Below, one piece after another: positions 25,325 through 39,500 of a stretch of DNA of 64,000 nt; position 1 is the stretch's first letter; each line of letters starts with the position of its first letter. Source of the DNA: Lingula anatina (lineage: Eukaryota; Animalia; Brachiopoda). The position numbers and the translations under genes are program-made. The stretch is from the NCBI GenBank assembly GCA_051362555.1, contig CM120649.1, positions 3,968,001-4,032,000 of the forward strand. Reading direction: 5' to 3'. The notes below the pieces were generated by a model, which had not been told where the DNA came from, did not search any database, and was given only the letters and a program-made list of their open reading frames with translations.

Positions 25325-28300
25325 TGTACACCAAGTGCATTCATTTTTAGTCGGTGACTTCATTTGATTGCGAAAGTATGAGTTCACAAATGTTAGTACG
25401 GCTGGTATGTTATAGGAAAATAGTGCCGTTTTTCGGATCGATTCGGAATCGCGGTACGCGTGAATTTGGCCTATTGCACTTGCATAAACCACTGTAAAAG
25501 CCGTACATGTACTTACTCCGCTGTTGCTATCCTCTGAGACTATGAAAAATGAAAATATTGACGAGGAATTACCATCATCTGCTGTGCTGTATGCAAACCT
25601 AATAAAAATCGCCATTTAGTTTCAACGGAGCTGAACTAAGATTATTTCTAGATGTTAACACGGCCTAGTTTATAACCGGTGCAATGGGGTCACACCGCTT
25701 GCATGCTCTGGCTTTCAATTTTTAACACAATTTATAAAGAATGGTAATTATATCTCATACTGGGCAACTCACATAAGGAGATGGTATTAGCGACGACATA
25801 TTTGTCTATCTCCCAAAGACTCCAACACATCTCTACTAGAAGTCGATCTACAAGCTATTATAAAATTTAACTAATATGCCTCTATTCCGTTTTAGAACAC
25901 CCTTCGAAGTTGCCTCAGCTAGAGCCTTTGCTTTATAATGAACGCTTTGTCATTGATGTCAGGAGACAAACGGCACAGAATGTCCAGAAGCTCAGTCCAC
26001 TACGGACAAGAGCACATGGATCGCTATAGTCTTGCCGGTTAAAAATTCTTCAAATAAAAAAAAAACTTTTAAAATTTATAGAAAGCCAGGGACGGAGTAG
26101 AAACCCACCAGGTCTGTTCAGGGATGGTATCTTTATATTCTCTCGTAGACCAACCTCTACTAAACCAACCCTCTCTACCAGTCAAGCACTATCTACCACT
26201 TCCTTCGAATTCGTGTGAAAGGAATGGATCGAATGCGCTCTGCTCACTTGTATTACAGTAGGTGGCTTGCTCAGAAAGCTCCCCGGGCTCCTAGGAATCG
26301 CAATTTCAGTAAATGTGATAAGGAAAGCAATCTAATCAAATCTACGAGTTTGAATCTTGGCAAGGTTTTTTTTTTAATTTCATCACCTTGTATATTGTCA
26401 CCTCTATTTGTGAATGTATGGGATCTTGCAAATATGACCATATTTTAACACACTAATAATGTTTAAATTTATATATTTTTTAACTTCTTGCCATAGACTG
26501 AACTCAGTAAGCAAGTAGGTGAGATATTTCGGTCGAAATTCTAGAGCTATTTCAGTGCAATCATCACTGTACATGTCACCAAGATCGATGTAGTCGGACC
26601 TACACTGGGTGCGCCCCTCTTGAATAAAAACAAAACAATATAAAAGACAAAAATGATACAAGATGTTTTTGTATTTATTGCAAAGACTGGAATATCGTAC
26701 AATGCACTGTGCAACAACCAACATACATGCACTACATACAGTTCACATAAGGACACACATACTAATCACAAACGTATGTGGGGTTTCGCTGAGAGGGGTT
26801 GTTGGTGAGATGGCAAAAGGGGGGGGGGGATAAAAACAGAAGCAGACAGGATGTGCGCACGCGCAGGCGCCCCTCCTTCCTACTTCCCCATCCATATCCA
26901 ACTAATACTAAATATAGTTAGACAATTCTGTCTTCTTTTTTAACCTTATTTCCATTTTGGCCTGCTATAAATGACATAAATGTCACATCAATTTTGTAAA
27001 CGATGATTGCATCGTGCCAAGCTTTCATCATAAGAGCCTGAATAAACATAAACCCCAAAGCATATGCTGAATAACCTGCTGTTTTTCAATTGCCTGTTAA
27101 TTGAATTGATCTTGGCACAGCTAAGATGACAGGTTTTGAGTGGTGCATTATTGCCTTGTCGTTATGCAGTTTCGCCTAAGCTTTGTTTAACATTACTTTG
27201 TGACTCCACACAAATTACGAGGTTATGTCTAATGATGTTTTAGTGATAATAATCGCTCACTTTGGAATTTTTATTAACAACTAGGTTTCGCTCTTGCCAC
27301 AAGAGCATCAGGCCGATTGTGACAAGAGATTAGCTGTCCCATAATAACTGTTCCAAAGTGATGATTATTATTGCTAAAACGCCATTATCAATTTAATAGA
27401 CAATGCAGGGTTAAAATTATATGTGATAACATAAGTGATAGCATTTAATGTGTGACAAAAATAATTGGAACGTGTTACCAAGAGAAATGAACAAACTCAT
27501 CTTCGTATTTTTTGTATCGCTCTACATAAACTCTATAGAACTACATATTTTCTAGACCAACCAGATATAGACTAGACCATCTCTTAGCTTCACGGCCTTG
27601 TTACCATGTGCATATCACAGCGTCAAAAAGGGGCTTTGGTGATTTAACTGTAACGAAAATTAACAGAAAAAAGCGTCTCTAGGGAAATTAGGCCGTTGCC
27701 ACCAGCATTATTTGCAGGAAGAACATTCAGTTGTGTTGTTCCTCTCTTCTTCTCACTGGTTTAATGGGGATGTAAATTAGAAACAAACTTGTCTAATAGA
27801 CCAATGGTGCCCTCTATGACACAAAACAAATTTTTAATTTAATTGTTGGGTGTAACAATATGGCAACCTTCCAGAGTTAGTCCTTACAGATGCATAAGTC
27901 AGTTGCCAGGCTTCGTCTGCTTCATTGGTTTCAAAGACAACCATCGGATATACACATATTGATATAGCTATTTTCGTACTTTCAGTTGTTCGAAAAGTTG
28001 CAGAATGCATTTACATTTGTAATGACGTCTGCTGCGCTGTCCTAGACTCAGCTTGGTGGTTTCAGCGGTTCTAATTGGAGGAAGAATTCAACAGAATATG
28101 GTCATGTTTTGTGCATAAGCCAGTGGCGTGGCGTCAGCTTTGTTCTTGTATACCACATACGGCTACCTGCAACAGCTGAAGAAGAACCACCTTCGCATCG
28201 GTAAGATTTCTCTAAAACATGCACCAGTATTTGTCTCATCTTGGTCATAAAAGCAGCCGTCATACAGCCAGATATAGTTCTCTCTCTATATATATAACCT

Positions 28301-28400
28301 ATCCCCTATATCTCCTGCCGGAATTCTATAGGTTTCACTGTATTTACAGTAACCGCTCCTACGGCGTTCCTGGCAATGCTGAAAACACTGCCGCGAGAAA

Positions 28401-29037
28401 ATGAGGAGCCTGAATCTGCACGCAGCTCTCATATTCCTGACGCTGGTATCAAGCGAGTTAACCAAAGGTAAGGTGACTTATTACAACCCAGTGTGGATAC
28501 GCATTGTAATTGCTCTGATGCATGTGACTGAAGATAGTGCACAGTATTCTGTTGTAGCTTTAAGCTGGTATTTGATTAAAGCCAAAGTGGTTGACAAACA
28601 GGGCATGTGTTCCGTAGCGTAATCCAATGGCAGCAAAACTTGAAGGCAGCGTGTTAGGTCCCTATCTATAACGACTAATTACACTGAATTAATTTTTATA
28701 TGATACGTACCCGCCAATGTGAGTGGAGGTGTGACAGGAATGGTGGTTTGCTAGGAACCGTAGTCCGTTCCCCCTTACTTTTGTACAATTGACATTCGTC
28801 TTATATATTTACCCCAATACCCGGATCAAGCCTAACCTGTACTAATCATATGGGACACCGGGCTTCCATACCTAGGACTACCTTTCTCTGTCACTCTACC
28901 CTTGCCCTTTGGAAAATTTGCTACTGGTACAATTGACTTTTATTAAACCTGCAAATTACTCTGTAATGGGTGACTTACTTGGTTGTTATCATTATGTTAT
29001 TTTGATGTCCCTTTGATGACAGTGAAATAGAGAGAGG

Positions 29038-29099
<62 letters not shown>

Positions 29100-30194
29100 A
29101 CAAACTCATGTGTATAGAAAACGCAGATGTCTTAACCATGGTTTAACTTCAATGCCACAGGTCATATACCTGACTAAGTGGTTGTGCTTTTAACAATTAA
29201 AGTAATAAGATCTATGTATGCGATTCAGTTTAATTATGCATTGCGTTGCCTGCAACATATGGCAAACGGCTGTTTCTGTAGATCCGACATGTGATATGAA
29301 AATTTAATGTTTGTCTCAAAATGTATAACTTGGAAGATATTTGAAGGCATCCTTTCATTGTACAGCATTGTAAGGAGGTTAAATGAAAGCAAATGGTCTT
29401 TTATCTTGATAGAAAGTAATTAACTGGGATTATTTTGTTAGAAAAGGCCAGTTGGCTTGCAATCAATGTGTTTCAAATATGTAAAATGTTAAATTATCAA
29501 AATTGGAAGTCCTTCATCACAGTCAGTGGGAGAGCTAGGATTCTGTTCAGGGTGTGTGTGTGCAGTGGCGGATTTAGAGGGGGGAAAACCGAAAGTGGGG
29601 TCAGGGAAACCAAATGGGACTGTTCGCCCTGTAAAATACTATTTATTTTCAGCGGACCCCGAACGCCAACTGGTGGGGGGGGGGGGGGGGGCTTCGCATC
29701 CACGGACCCCCCTTCAAGTAATCCTGGATCTGCCCCTGTGTGGGGGGGGGGCAGTAAAGATGAAATGAGATTCCCTCCATTCGTTCTGCAGGCAAGGACA
29801 TTTTGCACTAGGCTATATATGAACAGGACTGTAAAAATGGGTGTCAGCGGAAAAGAAAAGAATTGGCCATGGGTATCTTGGAGATTAAGGAATGTATATG
29901 GTACACTTTACACCCTTCACACCCCACACCCCACCTCTTCACACCCCACACCCCACGTACCTTTCTCGCCTCCTATGATCCGCCATTGTAGAGGCACATG
30001 TACAAAGCATGTAAACATATATTATCAAACAGTAGATGGTTTTGTAGGGTCAAAGCATCATTAAGACGAAGGCGGTGTTTGCTGCGTTTGGATAGTACAA
30101 AGAAAACACGTTTGATGATACCTACATGTATCTTCATGCATAATCCGACCTGTCACCTCTTTGTCTTTCTTTAATCCCCCTCCTTTCACTTTCA

Positions 30195-30238
<44 letters not shown>

Positions 30239-31964
30239 ATCTCCCAATTCTCTGAACGAGACAGCTTGTTTGGCACAATACCTATACCTAATTTCACGTC
30301 CAGCTACGCACATCACTCACTCGGATTCCAATTACCAAACTCGCTGAACCGTGATTTAGATCAAAGACCGTGGGTTCACACGGGCTTTCTTTAAGATCGA
30401 ATTTCATTTCAACCATTTTACTAAACGAGGCACATTTATCATTGCAATTAGGCTTGGGAATTAGTCCTAGGTACGGAAGTCCGGGATCCCATACAAAAAA
30501 CACAGGTTAGAGTTTGCAGGGAGCAGTAAATGGGACTATGTCACCTTTGCAAACTTAATAAAATTGTACTTTCTGTAACAACGGATTTATTCCTGAATCT
30601 CTTCTTTTAGCCGCATTCAAAGCAATATTGGTTGTTTGCACTTTAACAAAATTGCTTAATTGCAGTGCAGACGGCGACGACAGTGTATATCAAATCAGGC
30701 TTTCTCCATTGAGCCACGTGTGAACACACCCCTTCATGTTAAGCACAGATTGATGATTCAGCGCTTGAGAATCAGCAATATTATCGATTGCTATCTCTTT
30801 GCAACGATTTACTTTTGTGATTCCGCTCAGCGCGGTCTTTCCATTCAGTACCACTTCCTTCGCAACGACGGCGGCACAAATCAATATATATGTATACAAG
30901 TACATATGCCAATTTTGTTTAAGTGTGTTTTATCTCCTTTCTTGTATAAATCTACATTGATTTTCGTTTTGATTTTCCATGTGTACCGTGCTCCATTAAT
31001 ATAATGTACTATGAAATGTTTATTGTATGTATCTTAATTATCTTGTAGTTTCTACAGCTTAATTAAAATTAACTTGTTTATAATGATGATATTTATTCTT
31101 GAAATAAAACTGGATTGCACATGCACATAAAAGACTGACAGACACGGAGACTAATTGATAGACAGAGAAACAACCATTTACCTAAAATTGGCCAAAGATC
31201 CCGTTCACGTTCGCCATTGCCCGTAAACTCTATTTTTATCGATCCCTACGTAATTGGTCATCGTGTACACCGTTATAGGAGGGATGCATTAAACAGACTA
31301 AATTACCAATTAGAATGGAGTCCCGAAGCGGATTAAAATAACACGGCATAATTAAGTAACGGATGCACTCGTCGGTATATAGATGCATTATCTTGTATGG
31401 GGAGTGAAAGCGCCATGATGGAACACAAGAACTTGATAATCAAATTGTCTGCATACTGTTTCAGAACGTTCTAGTTGAATTTTATCTATAACATGCGTTT
31501 CCCTTATGGTAAAAACAGCAGTGCACTCCTCATGCAGGAAAATAAGAACTTTGGTGCATAGGGCAAGGCTCACAAAAGCTAAGGTAATTTTTTTCTGGGC
31601 GCTAACTGTGTGGATTGGCTGAAACCGCCCCTGCTGCATGGAACTGTGACTCTGAATACTCCATCTGGATCTCGCATGTGTTTCCCTAGTGTTAAAAACA
31701 GCAGGAATCTTTTTCTAACGACCGCTGTATCTTTTAAGGGCGTTATAATATTGTTCTTTCATGGGAAATGGTTACACGATAATGCGTCAGGCAATCGAAG
31801 TACCGTATCCAGGGGGTTGCAATATGTCCATAGGGACATTCATATCGAACTTTTAACTCCCTGTTCCCACTTTAAAGGGTATTCATTGCCATAAGCTCGC
31901 GCACCTCTAGTATTTTCCGTAACCCAGTTCATACTAGAAACAGGAAATAACATAAACAATCCAT

Positions 31965-32011
<47 letters not shown>

Positions 32012-33904
32012 TTTTTTTATTTTATTTTATTTTATTTTATTTTATTTTATTTTATTTTTTCGCTTGTACCAGTTGCAGTAAAATATGATCTTTAAGATAA
32101 GTTTGTAGGATCGAAAACATATTAACTGCAAACGCCTTACTGCTGTCTGTGATTATTGAACAAAACTATATTAAATTATGTCATAATATGGCATATGTTA
32201 TTGTGTCATAACGTTACAATATTTCATTAGATCATGACATTGCGATATCACATAACGCCATAATAATAAGATAAGTCATCAAGTCATAAAATTACGATAT
32301 TACATTAATTCATACATCAGAACATTGTGGTATCTCATAACTTCATAATAACACGATATCATATTAAGTCATAACATTACGATATCACATAACGTGCAAA
32401 GCAATGGGATATTGGAATAATTCATGTAAGGTCAAGATCTGTTTTATTTCCAGTGTCAGCAATCCGCTGTTACGATTGCAGCGACTCTAATCCACACTGC
32501 AGGGACCCGTTCCCGCATAAAAAGGACTACAGTGTCTTAACGAGGGACTGCGCTCACGGATGCATTAAACAAACACGACACGAAAAAAGTGAGTGAATAA
32601 AGAAACGTGTTGAAGTCTTACCACGACTGACTTTAAAGCGAAAGTTGGGCTTTAACTTGAGCACAATATTTTGCTCTACGTTAATTCAATTAGAACTCTG
32701 TGCCTGTATCACAAAAGAACGTCAGTTTGGATGCAGGTTTTGTCTTTTAAGTAGAAAATGATGGAAGTTTTGACTATATTTGCAGTAAACTAATGAAAAG
32801 GAGTAGCCATTGGTCTAAAAATGATCATTGTACTGATGATTTTGCTGCCAAAAGTAACAATAACCGGTTTTGGCATGTCAGCAATATGTAAGGTGAACTG
32901 TTATTCTCACAATTAATGTAGTCGGCTATCTAAATTCGACTGTCTACTCCAAGGCGTAATTAAATTTAACGCAACTTTTTAGGAGTGAATTGGGGAGGCA
33001 AATTGAAAGGCATCTTTTGTAGGTGGGAGCGTTGGGATATCAGATTCTTTCCAAACTAAAATCGATCTTTTTAATTATCACAAAGATGCATGGACTTAGT
33101 GACAAATCTCATGGCTTGTATTTTATTATTGGACAACCCTTGAAACAAGTGTCTTCAGCCTTGGTTTTGTAGGATAATCAATACATCGGAGGCCAAACCG
33201 CGCCTGATTCGTGATATACATGTACTGAAAGGCACACTGCACTTACTGGGGTCGGCAAAAGAATGAAATGATACAATATCTAGTCGTTTATAGTCCTTCT
33301 TGCGTAATTTTTAAATTGACTTAAGGTGTTAACGAGAGGAGCGCGGTTCATCAATAGGATAATGTGTTCATTGGTGTTTTGCACGCTCTGCTGTGATGCG
33401 CATTGCAATGGGTATAACTAAATGGTAAAGGAAAAAGGAAGATAGTTTAATCCATATTAATTTTTGGCACATGGTTCACAAAACGACTTGGAGTTTAAGG
33501 GTTTTGCGATTTTGCGATTAATTACGTTTTATAACAAATTGGTCCACAATGAACGTAGTTGCATGGGCTAAAATGACAGTAGAGGATAATGAACGATGTC
33601 ACTTCAGGCACGATAATTTGATCTCTTATATAAACCCGTCCATGAAAAATTGGTGAATGGGAAACTAATTTCTAATTTTATAAATAATTTTATGTTACTT
33701 TTAGCAACACAACATATCGAGCGAGGCTGCGCAGACGAAGATAGAGACCAATGCTTTTGGGACGAACCGAAGTCAGGAGAAAACCTTCACGTGTGTTATT
33801 GCACAACGACCCTGTGCAACACTGGAACGAGGCCAAGGTCAAGGTCGACATATAGCCTTGTTTGGACAGCAGCTTCTATTCTGGTTGCAGGATTTTTTAT
33901 ATAA
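28401..33904 (+). CDS. Quiver/sleepless-type Ly6/uPAR three-finger protein, GPI-anchored, 133 aa
   Basis: Exons 28401-28467 (signal peptide), 32454-32588 (IRCYDCSDSNPHCRDPF..CAHGCIK) and 33705-33904 (ERGC..QC..VCYCTTTLCN plus hydrophobic tail). Phase 1/1 introns, 10 Cys. Probable UTR-exon donor at 28201. Confidence 0.9.
29040..29089. repeat. (GT)n microsatellite
   Basis: Read directly from the sequence. Confidence 0.95.
29563..29738. mobile_element. Short GC-rich MITE-like repeat (CAGTGGCGGAT...ATCTGCCCCTG)
   Basis: Imperfect ~13-bp terminal inverted repeat with internal G-runs; related end CAGGGGCAGATTTAG at ~15239. Confidence 0.5.
32180..32400. repeat. Degenerate ~26-bp tandem repeat (TCATAACATTACGATATCACATAA-like)
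   Basis: Recurring TCATAA...GATATCACAT/GATATTACAT units in the intron. Confidence 0.6.
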
Positions 33905-34677
33905 ACAGTCGCTAGTATTGCCCGAATATATTTTTCAAACGTATGCTTAAAAAATATCTGAGCATGTTCAAAGTTTTTAACTCTTTGGTTAATAATATAA
34001 GTAAATCGACAATGACTCTTGTATTGTAATGACAAATACACGTATTTCAATACGATTTTTCACAGGATTGCTTTGAAATAAATATCGTAGGATTCCAAAG
34101 ATAGATCATCGGTGTATCTCACTGTCAAGAAATTACTATTTAAGCAGTTCGAAGGTGACTTCCATAGAAACTTTCAAAATAAAATATTGATCTTAAAATA
34201 TGCATTTGCACACAGGTTATCGAAAAAGTAGAAACCTGAAAATGAATTATAATGCTATTTCGGTTCTGAACATTACAGTCTTTGTTCACATCAAGGAAAC
34301 GATTTTTATCATGGTGCGTGTCCTTGATTTCTTTCCACAGAGTAAAAACGAGAATTTTCCTTCTTATCACCCTTTAAAAATGGACAATCTATCCGTTTGT
34401 AAGTAATGTAGGCTTACTTCCCATTTTCATCGTCATTAGTGAAATTCACCAGTTTCTATCTGCTTTACGAGACCCGATGAGTAGAACCTTGAAAAACAAG
34501 CATATGGATAGTAATTCTGTGAACGGTTTTTGATTATGATAAACTTTAGTGATTATTGAAATAGTGTTGTAATTTCCAGACAAAATGTTAAATGTTATTT
34601 TCTTTTTTCCAATATAAAGTTTTAACGCTCATTGTAGGCCCTTTCATCTGTGACGTTCTGAGATTGGGGGCGCTTTC

Positions 34678-35260
34678 TTCTAGCGTCATGATCAAAGTTT
34701 GTTCTCCCAGGTGTTCGGGATTCGTCCCACTTCTAGTGTCATGATCAAAGTTTGTTCTCCCAGGTGTTCGGGATTCGTTCCACTTCTAGCGTCATGATCA
34801 AAGTTTGTTCTCCCAGGTGTTCGGGATTCGTTCCTTTTCTAGTGTCATGATCAAAGTTTGTTCTCCCAGGTGTTCGGGATTCGTCCCACTTCTAGTGTTA
34901 TGATCAAAGTTTGCTCTCCCAGGTGTTCGGGATTCGTTCCTTTTCTAGTGTCATGATCAAAGTTTGTTCTCCCAGGTGTTCGGGATTCGTCCCACTTCTA
35001 GTGTTATGATCAAAGTTTGCTCTCCCAGGTGTTCGGGATTCGTTCCACTTCTAGTGTTATGATCAAAGTTTGTTCTCCCAGGTGTTCGGGATTCGTTCCA
35101 CTTCTAGCGTCATGATCAAAGTTTGTTCTCCCAGGTGTTCGGGATTCGTTCCTTTTCCAGTGTCATGATCATAGTTTGTTCTCCCAGGTGTTCGGGATTC
35201 GTTCCTTTTCTAGTGTCATGATCAAAGTTTGTTCTCCCAGGTGTTCGGGATTCGTCCCAC
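34678..35260. repeat. Minisatellite, 11 x 53 bp
   Basis: Unit TTCTAGYGTYATGATCAAAGTTTGYTCTCCCAGGTGTTCGGGATTCGTYCCAC (ending CCTT in some units); 583 bp = 11 units, no spacers. Confidence 0.97.
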
Positions 35261-36019
35261 TCTCACGGATGATAAGTTTTATCTGCCGCATGCTGAGGTA
35301 ACCTAAACAAAGTACGAGTAGGGCAAACTGATACTAACAGTTTGCCCCCAACACTAGCCACGAAATATATCGCACGTTTTCAACCAAACCCATATACCGT
35401 AAAAAAAAAAGAAAGAAAGAAAGAAAGAAAAGAAGGCAATGTTTGGAGTTGTGCTGCGGTATCTCCGCCTTGTTTGGAATGGGGACCGTACTCAGCAGTT
35501 AAATCGAGTCTCACTTGGTCCATTTGAAATACATGTGAACTTGGTCCATCTGTCCAGTGACTAGTACTTACAAACTCGGTATCGAGGTGGTCTGAAAGCG
35601 TACAGTGGCTCACAAAAACAATTTTCAAAACATTTTTGTTTTACAAAATATCAGCTATTCATTTCATCCACGTACATGTACAAATTTACCGGCTTGCTTA
35701 AGCGTGTCCATACAATAGCAACCAATAAAGATAAAACGGTTAACATGGAATTTTAGTACACTTTCCGCAATTTACATACAGTACACACATACTTTGAATG
35801 AGTAGCAAAATACGATAAATAAGTGACGTGCCTGTAGTCATCAAAAGACGTTGACATTCATAATAAACTATAAATAATTACTCAGATTATTTACAATTAA
35901 ATTTACGTTATTCTATCCTTGAACTAAAAACATTTACAAACGGAACAGACTTTTTGGATCACTCTGTAAGTACGGTGTATAAGGCAGGGTGAGAATACGG
36001 CAGTCACCACACAAGCAAA

Positions 36020-36241
36020 ATGGTTTCGACGGTCGTGTTGTCAGTGCTTCTATGTGTGTTTGCTGTAGGACTCAATGCAGGTAACTGAACGACGTTGTTA
36101 ACATTTGATTAATGGTGGCGTTGATTTTAACTTTCATTAATGTATTACTGCAGGAATGATTTCCATATTTTTAAGCCAAGATTAGCGAGTAAAGAAGAAA
36201 AGTCGTATCGTTTTGTTTTAATTTTATCCATTTTATTTATT

Positions 36242-36304
<63 letters not shown>

Positions 36305-36494
36305 TTTACATTTTATTATCTCGAGAAAATTTTCTATGTTAAAAGTCACTTATTCGGTCTGGTTCTATTGAATACATTTTTGTTCCATCTTCATTTCCTG
36401 TTTTAAGCACCCCCAGGAGGACCCAAGCTCCCTTCAGAAGACTGGATGGAAGTAGCAGGAATCTATGGAGGTGAAAATAGTTCTATGTCTTATT

Positions 36495-36533
<39 letters not shown>

Positions 36534-39500
36534 GATATATTCTTATTTATATCGAGTTCTTTCACTCTGTTATCATTTAAGATTGTCAGTAGATGGAAAT
36601 CTAGGCTAAAACAGAAGCACAGTTAGTTAGTTATTGCCTATATTCTTTTCTTTCTTTTTTTATTTTATTTTATTTCTTTTTTTTTTACAATAAAAGCCAA
36701 TCATCATAACTTAGAAGAACAGAGTAAGTGGCAGTGCAGAAGTAGCAGGAGTAATATAATGTAATTTAAATACATTGTCGTTCTTATCTAATTTTTTATA
36801 TTCATTTATTCAGATAACATCGACGGAGATATCGTGGAGACCAAGGTAAGCATTGATGACGATTTTTTTTTATTTTGTAATGTTGTAAACTTTACAGTGC
36901 TTTTTGGTGCTGTTTGCCTTTTGCTTTAACTATGTTATATGCAAAAGGTTGCCCCTCTTAGATTACATGCATAAAAGGATCGAGTTTAAAAAAAACAGTA
37001 TTACGAGCGAATCGAAACAAAACCAGATAATTTATAAAATTCGCTTTTCCTTCACACCAAAGTAAAAATATCCTTTTCTGCTGCTTTATTTTCATACAAG
37101 TCTATACATATACACCCTTCAGTCTCGCTTAAGGTCTTCGGGAAAACGCCGGGTGCGTTATCTGCTTCGTGACTCAGGCAGAGCTAAGGCCAGTATCTTA
37201 CAAGATAAAATTAGAAACGGTCATGATTCGTGTGTCCCATATCCAGTTTATACGTTCTGGGTTTCAGTCTACTTCCCTTTAGCTTCCGGGGGTGGGTGGC
37301 ACAGAGATTATGTTGCCTCGATTTTCAAGGCAAATATTTAACAGAAGACGAGGGCAGTTTTACTATGCTGTTTAGGGCACAGTGATGAGAAAACTAGTAT
37401 TTTTTTTCGGTGTAGCCCCATTTCACTCGTTGAGATTTTTTTTTCTTTTTTTTTTTTTTTTTTTTTTTTTGAGGCTGGAGGGGGGATGAAGGGAGAAAAG
37501 GGGCACCTCTGAAGCTATGATAGGGGTAGATGTCTTTTATTGCTGGATTCGCCCATCAAACTTCACAACTCAGCATCTATACGTACGAGTTATTCTGTAT
37601 TAAAATACATGTATAACGTACACGTAGAGGTAATGTTTTATTTTGATAAGGAACTTCAAAAAGTTAAAACTTTTGACAATTCTTGATGAAATAATCGCTT
37701 ATGTTATAGAATGTATAAAATATTATATTTAAGTACAACGTAGATGTCATGTCATATTTTGATTAAAAAAATGTTGACTTTTGGCAATCAGTGATAAAAT
37801 CATTGGTAATGTAATGAAGGATATTATATTTTGCAATAAAATACAACGTTAATGTTATGTTATATTTCAACTAGAAAAGCACTCCAAGAGCGCAGACCTC
37901 CGCCAAGGCAGCAATTTTCGATTATTATTGATTATTGAGTGATTATTGATCCAGATCACCACCAATCATCTGTTCCTTGACCCACTTCTGACAGTTCCTG
38001 AAAATTTCATCAAAATCGGTCCTTAACTTTTTTAGTTATGTTGATGACAGACAAACAAACAAACAAACAAACAGGGGTGAAAACATAACCTCTTTGGCGG
38101 AGGTAATAAAAAAATTCAGAAAGTTTAAACTTTTGGAATTTGATGATAAATTATTGGTGATGTTATTTGTTTCAGAATACAAGATATTCTATTACCAAAA
38201 CCTGGCCAGGTGGGGTTGTTCCATACGTCATTGACCCAACTATACGTAAGTGAATCATGCTGGCGGGTTTGCATACGTCATTGATATAAGTCATGAACAC
38301 AAAGTGATATTCATAGATTTTCCAAATGTGTTTTTGCGTTATCTTGCACACATAAATGAAAACATGGTGGGATACTGATTTATGGTATACACTCAAAGCT
38401 ACATAAAAAAGTAAGTTTTGTAGGGGGTAAAAACAAGTGACACGATTCAGTTAATAAAAATATGACACGGTAATGAAAAAATGCTCAATATACAATTTGC
38501 TTTAAGAGTGATAAACATTTGATATAACTAGTTATAAAAAAAAAGAATGGAAATAAAACACCACTTTGTTATGAGCACATTTGGTTTGTGCGTGTACAAA
38601 GTCAATATTTTTACCTGGATTACATTATCCCATCCAGAATCTGAGGGCAGACAGAGGATAGGTAATGCGGTGAAACATTACAAGGAGAAAAGCTGCATCC
38701 AATGGATACCGAGAACCAACCAGAGAGATTACGTTCTCTTTACAGCTGCGGGCAAAGGGTTAGTAGGTCTACCAGTAGATAGAGTCAGGTTGACAGGAAG
38801 GAAAAGACAAGTGTTTGGGTTTTTTTAAGATTCTAGATTTTTAGTAATGAGGAACAGAACTGGCGGTTTTCAGTCAAGGAGGTTAACATTTAGAAAATTG
38901 GAAAACGTTTTATCGTTTTATCTTTGGGATAAAGTAACACTTGATGAAATTTCAAAAATAATTAACTCATACTGTATTGCTTTAACGTTTGAAGTAGATA
39001 ATTTATATTTTTTAATTTTTTATCGTATTTGATTTCTTGGGCCATTAATTTTTTGGAACACAGGTGCAACAGCCCTATTGGTAAGGTCGGTGGTATGCAG
39101 AAGATTAACTTAGAGTTCGCCTGCACGCGCTACGACGACGCCGCCGTCATCCACGAGATGATGCACAGTTTGGGATTCGGTCACGAGCAAAATCGTCCCG
39201 ACAGAGAGAACTTCGTGAGAATCAACACCCAGAATATTGGAAGTAAGCATAGTTTGCTTCAGAGAACGTTGAAGTTCTGGAAAAGTAGAGTAAAAAGGGG
39301 ATGGGTTTGATTTCCTCACTTCTAATAAAGTATTGTATATACGTACGGTGTATTATGCATGATGATATCGTATAACGACACATCCCTTTATTTTCATTCG
39401 TTATAATTTTTTCATTTTTCATTCAAGCGATCAATCCAAAATAATTTTTGAAACGATACGAAGTGTTGTTTTCTTAAGACTCGACATTATATACAGTATA

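Noticed and set aside
26404-26756. Minus-strand ORFs with an exon-like middle
   Set aside because: No family motif, weak splice sites and no partner exons found.
29435-30394. 209-aa ORF and neighbouring ORFs
   Set aside because: They lie in the Ly6 gene intron and consist of G-runs, a MITE and (CT)n; no recognisable domain.
34678-35260. CRISPR-like regular repeat
   Set aside because: Units are contiguous with no unique spacers, no cas genes are present, and the context is eukaryotic.
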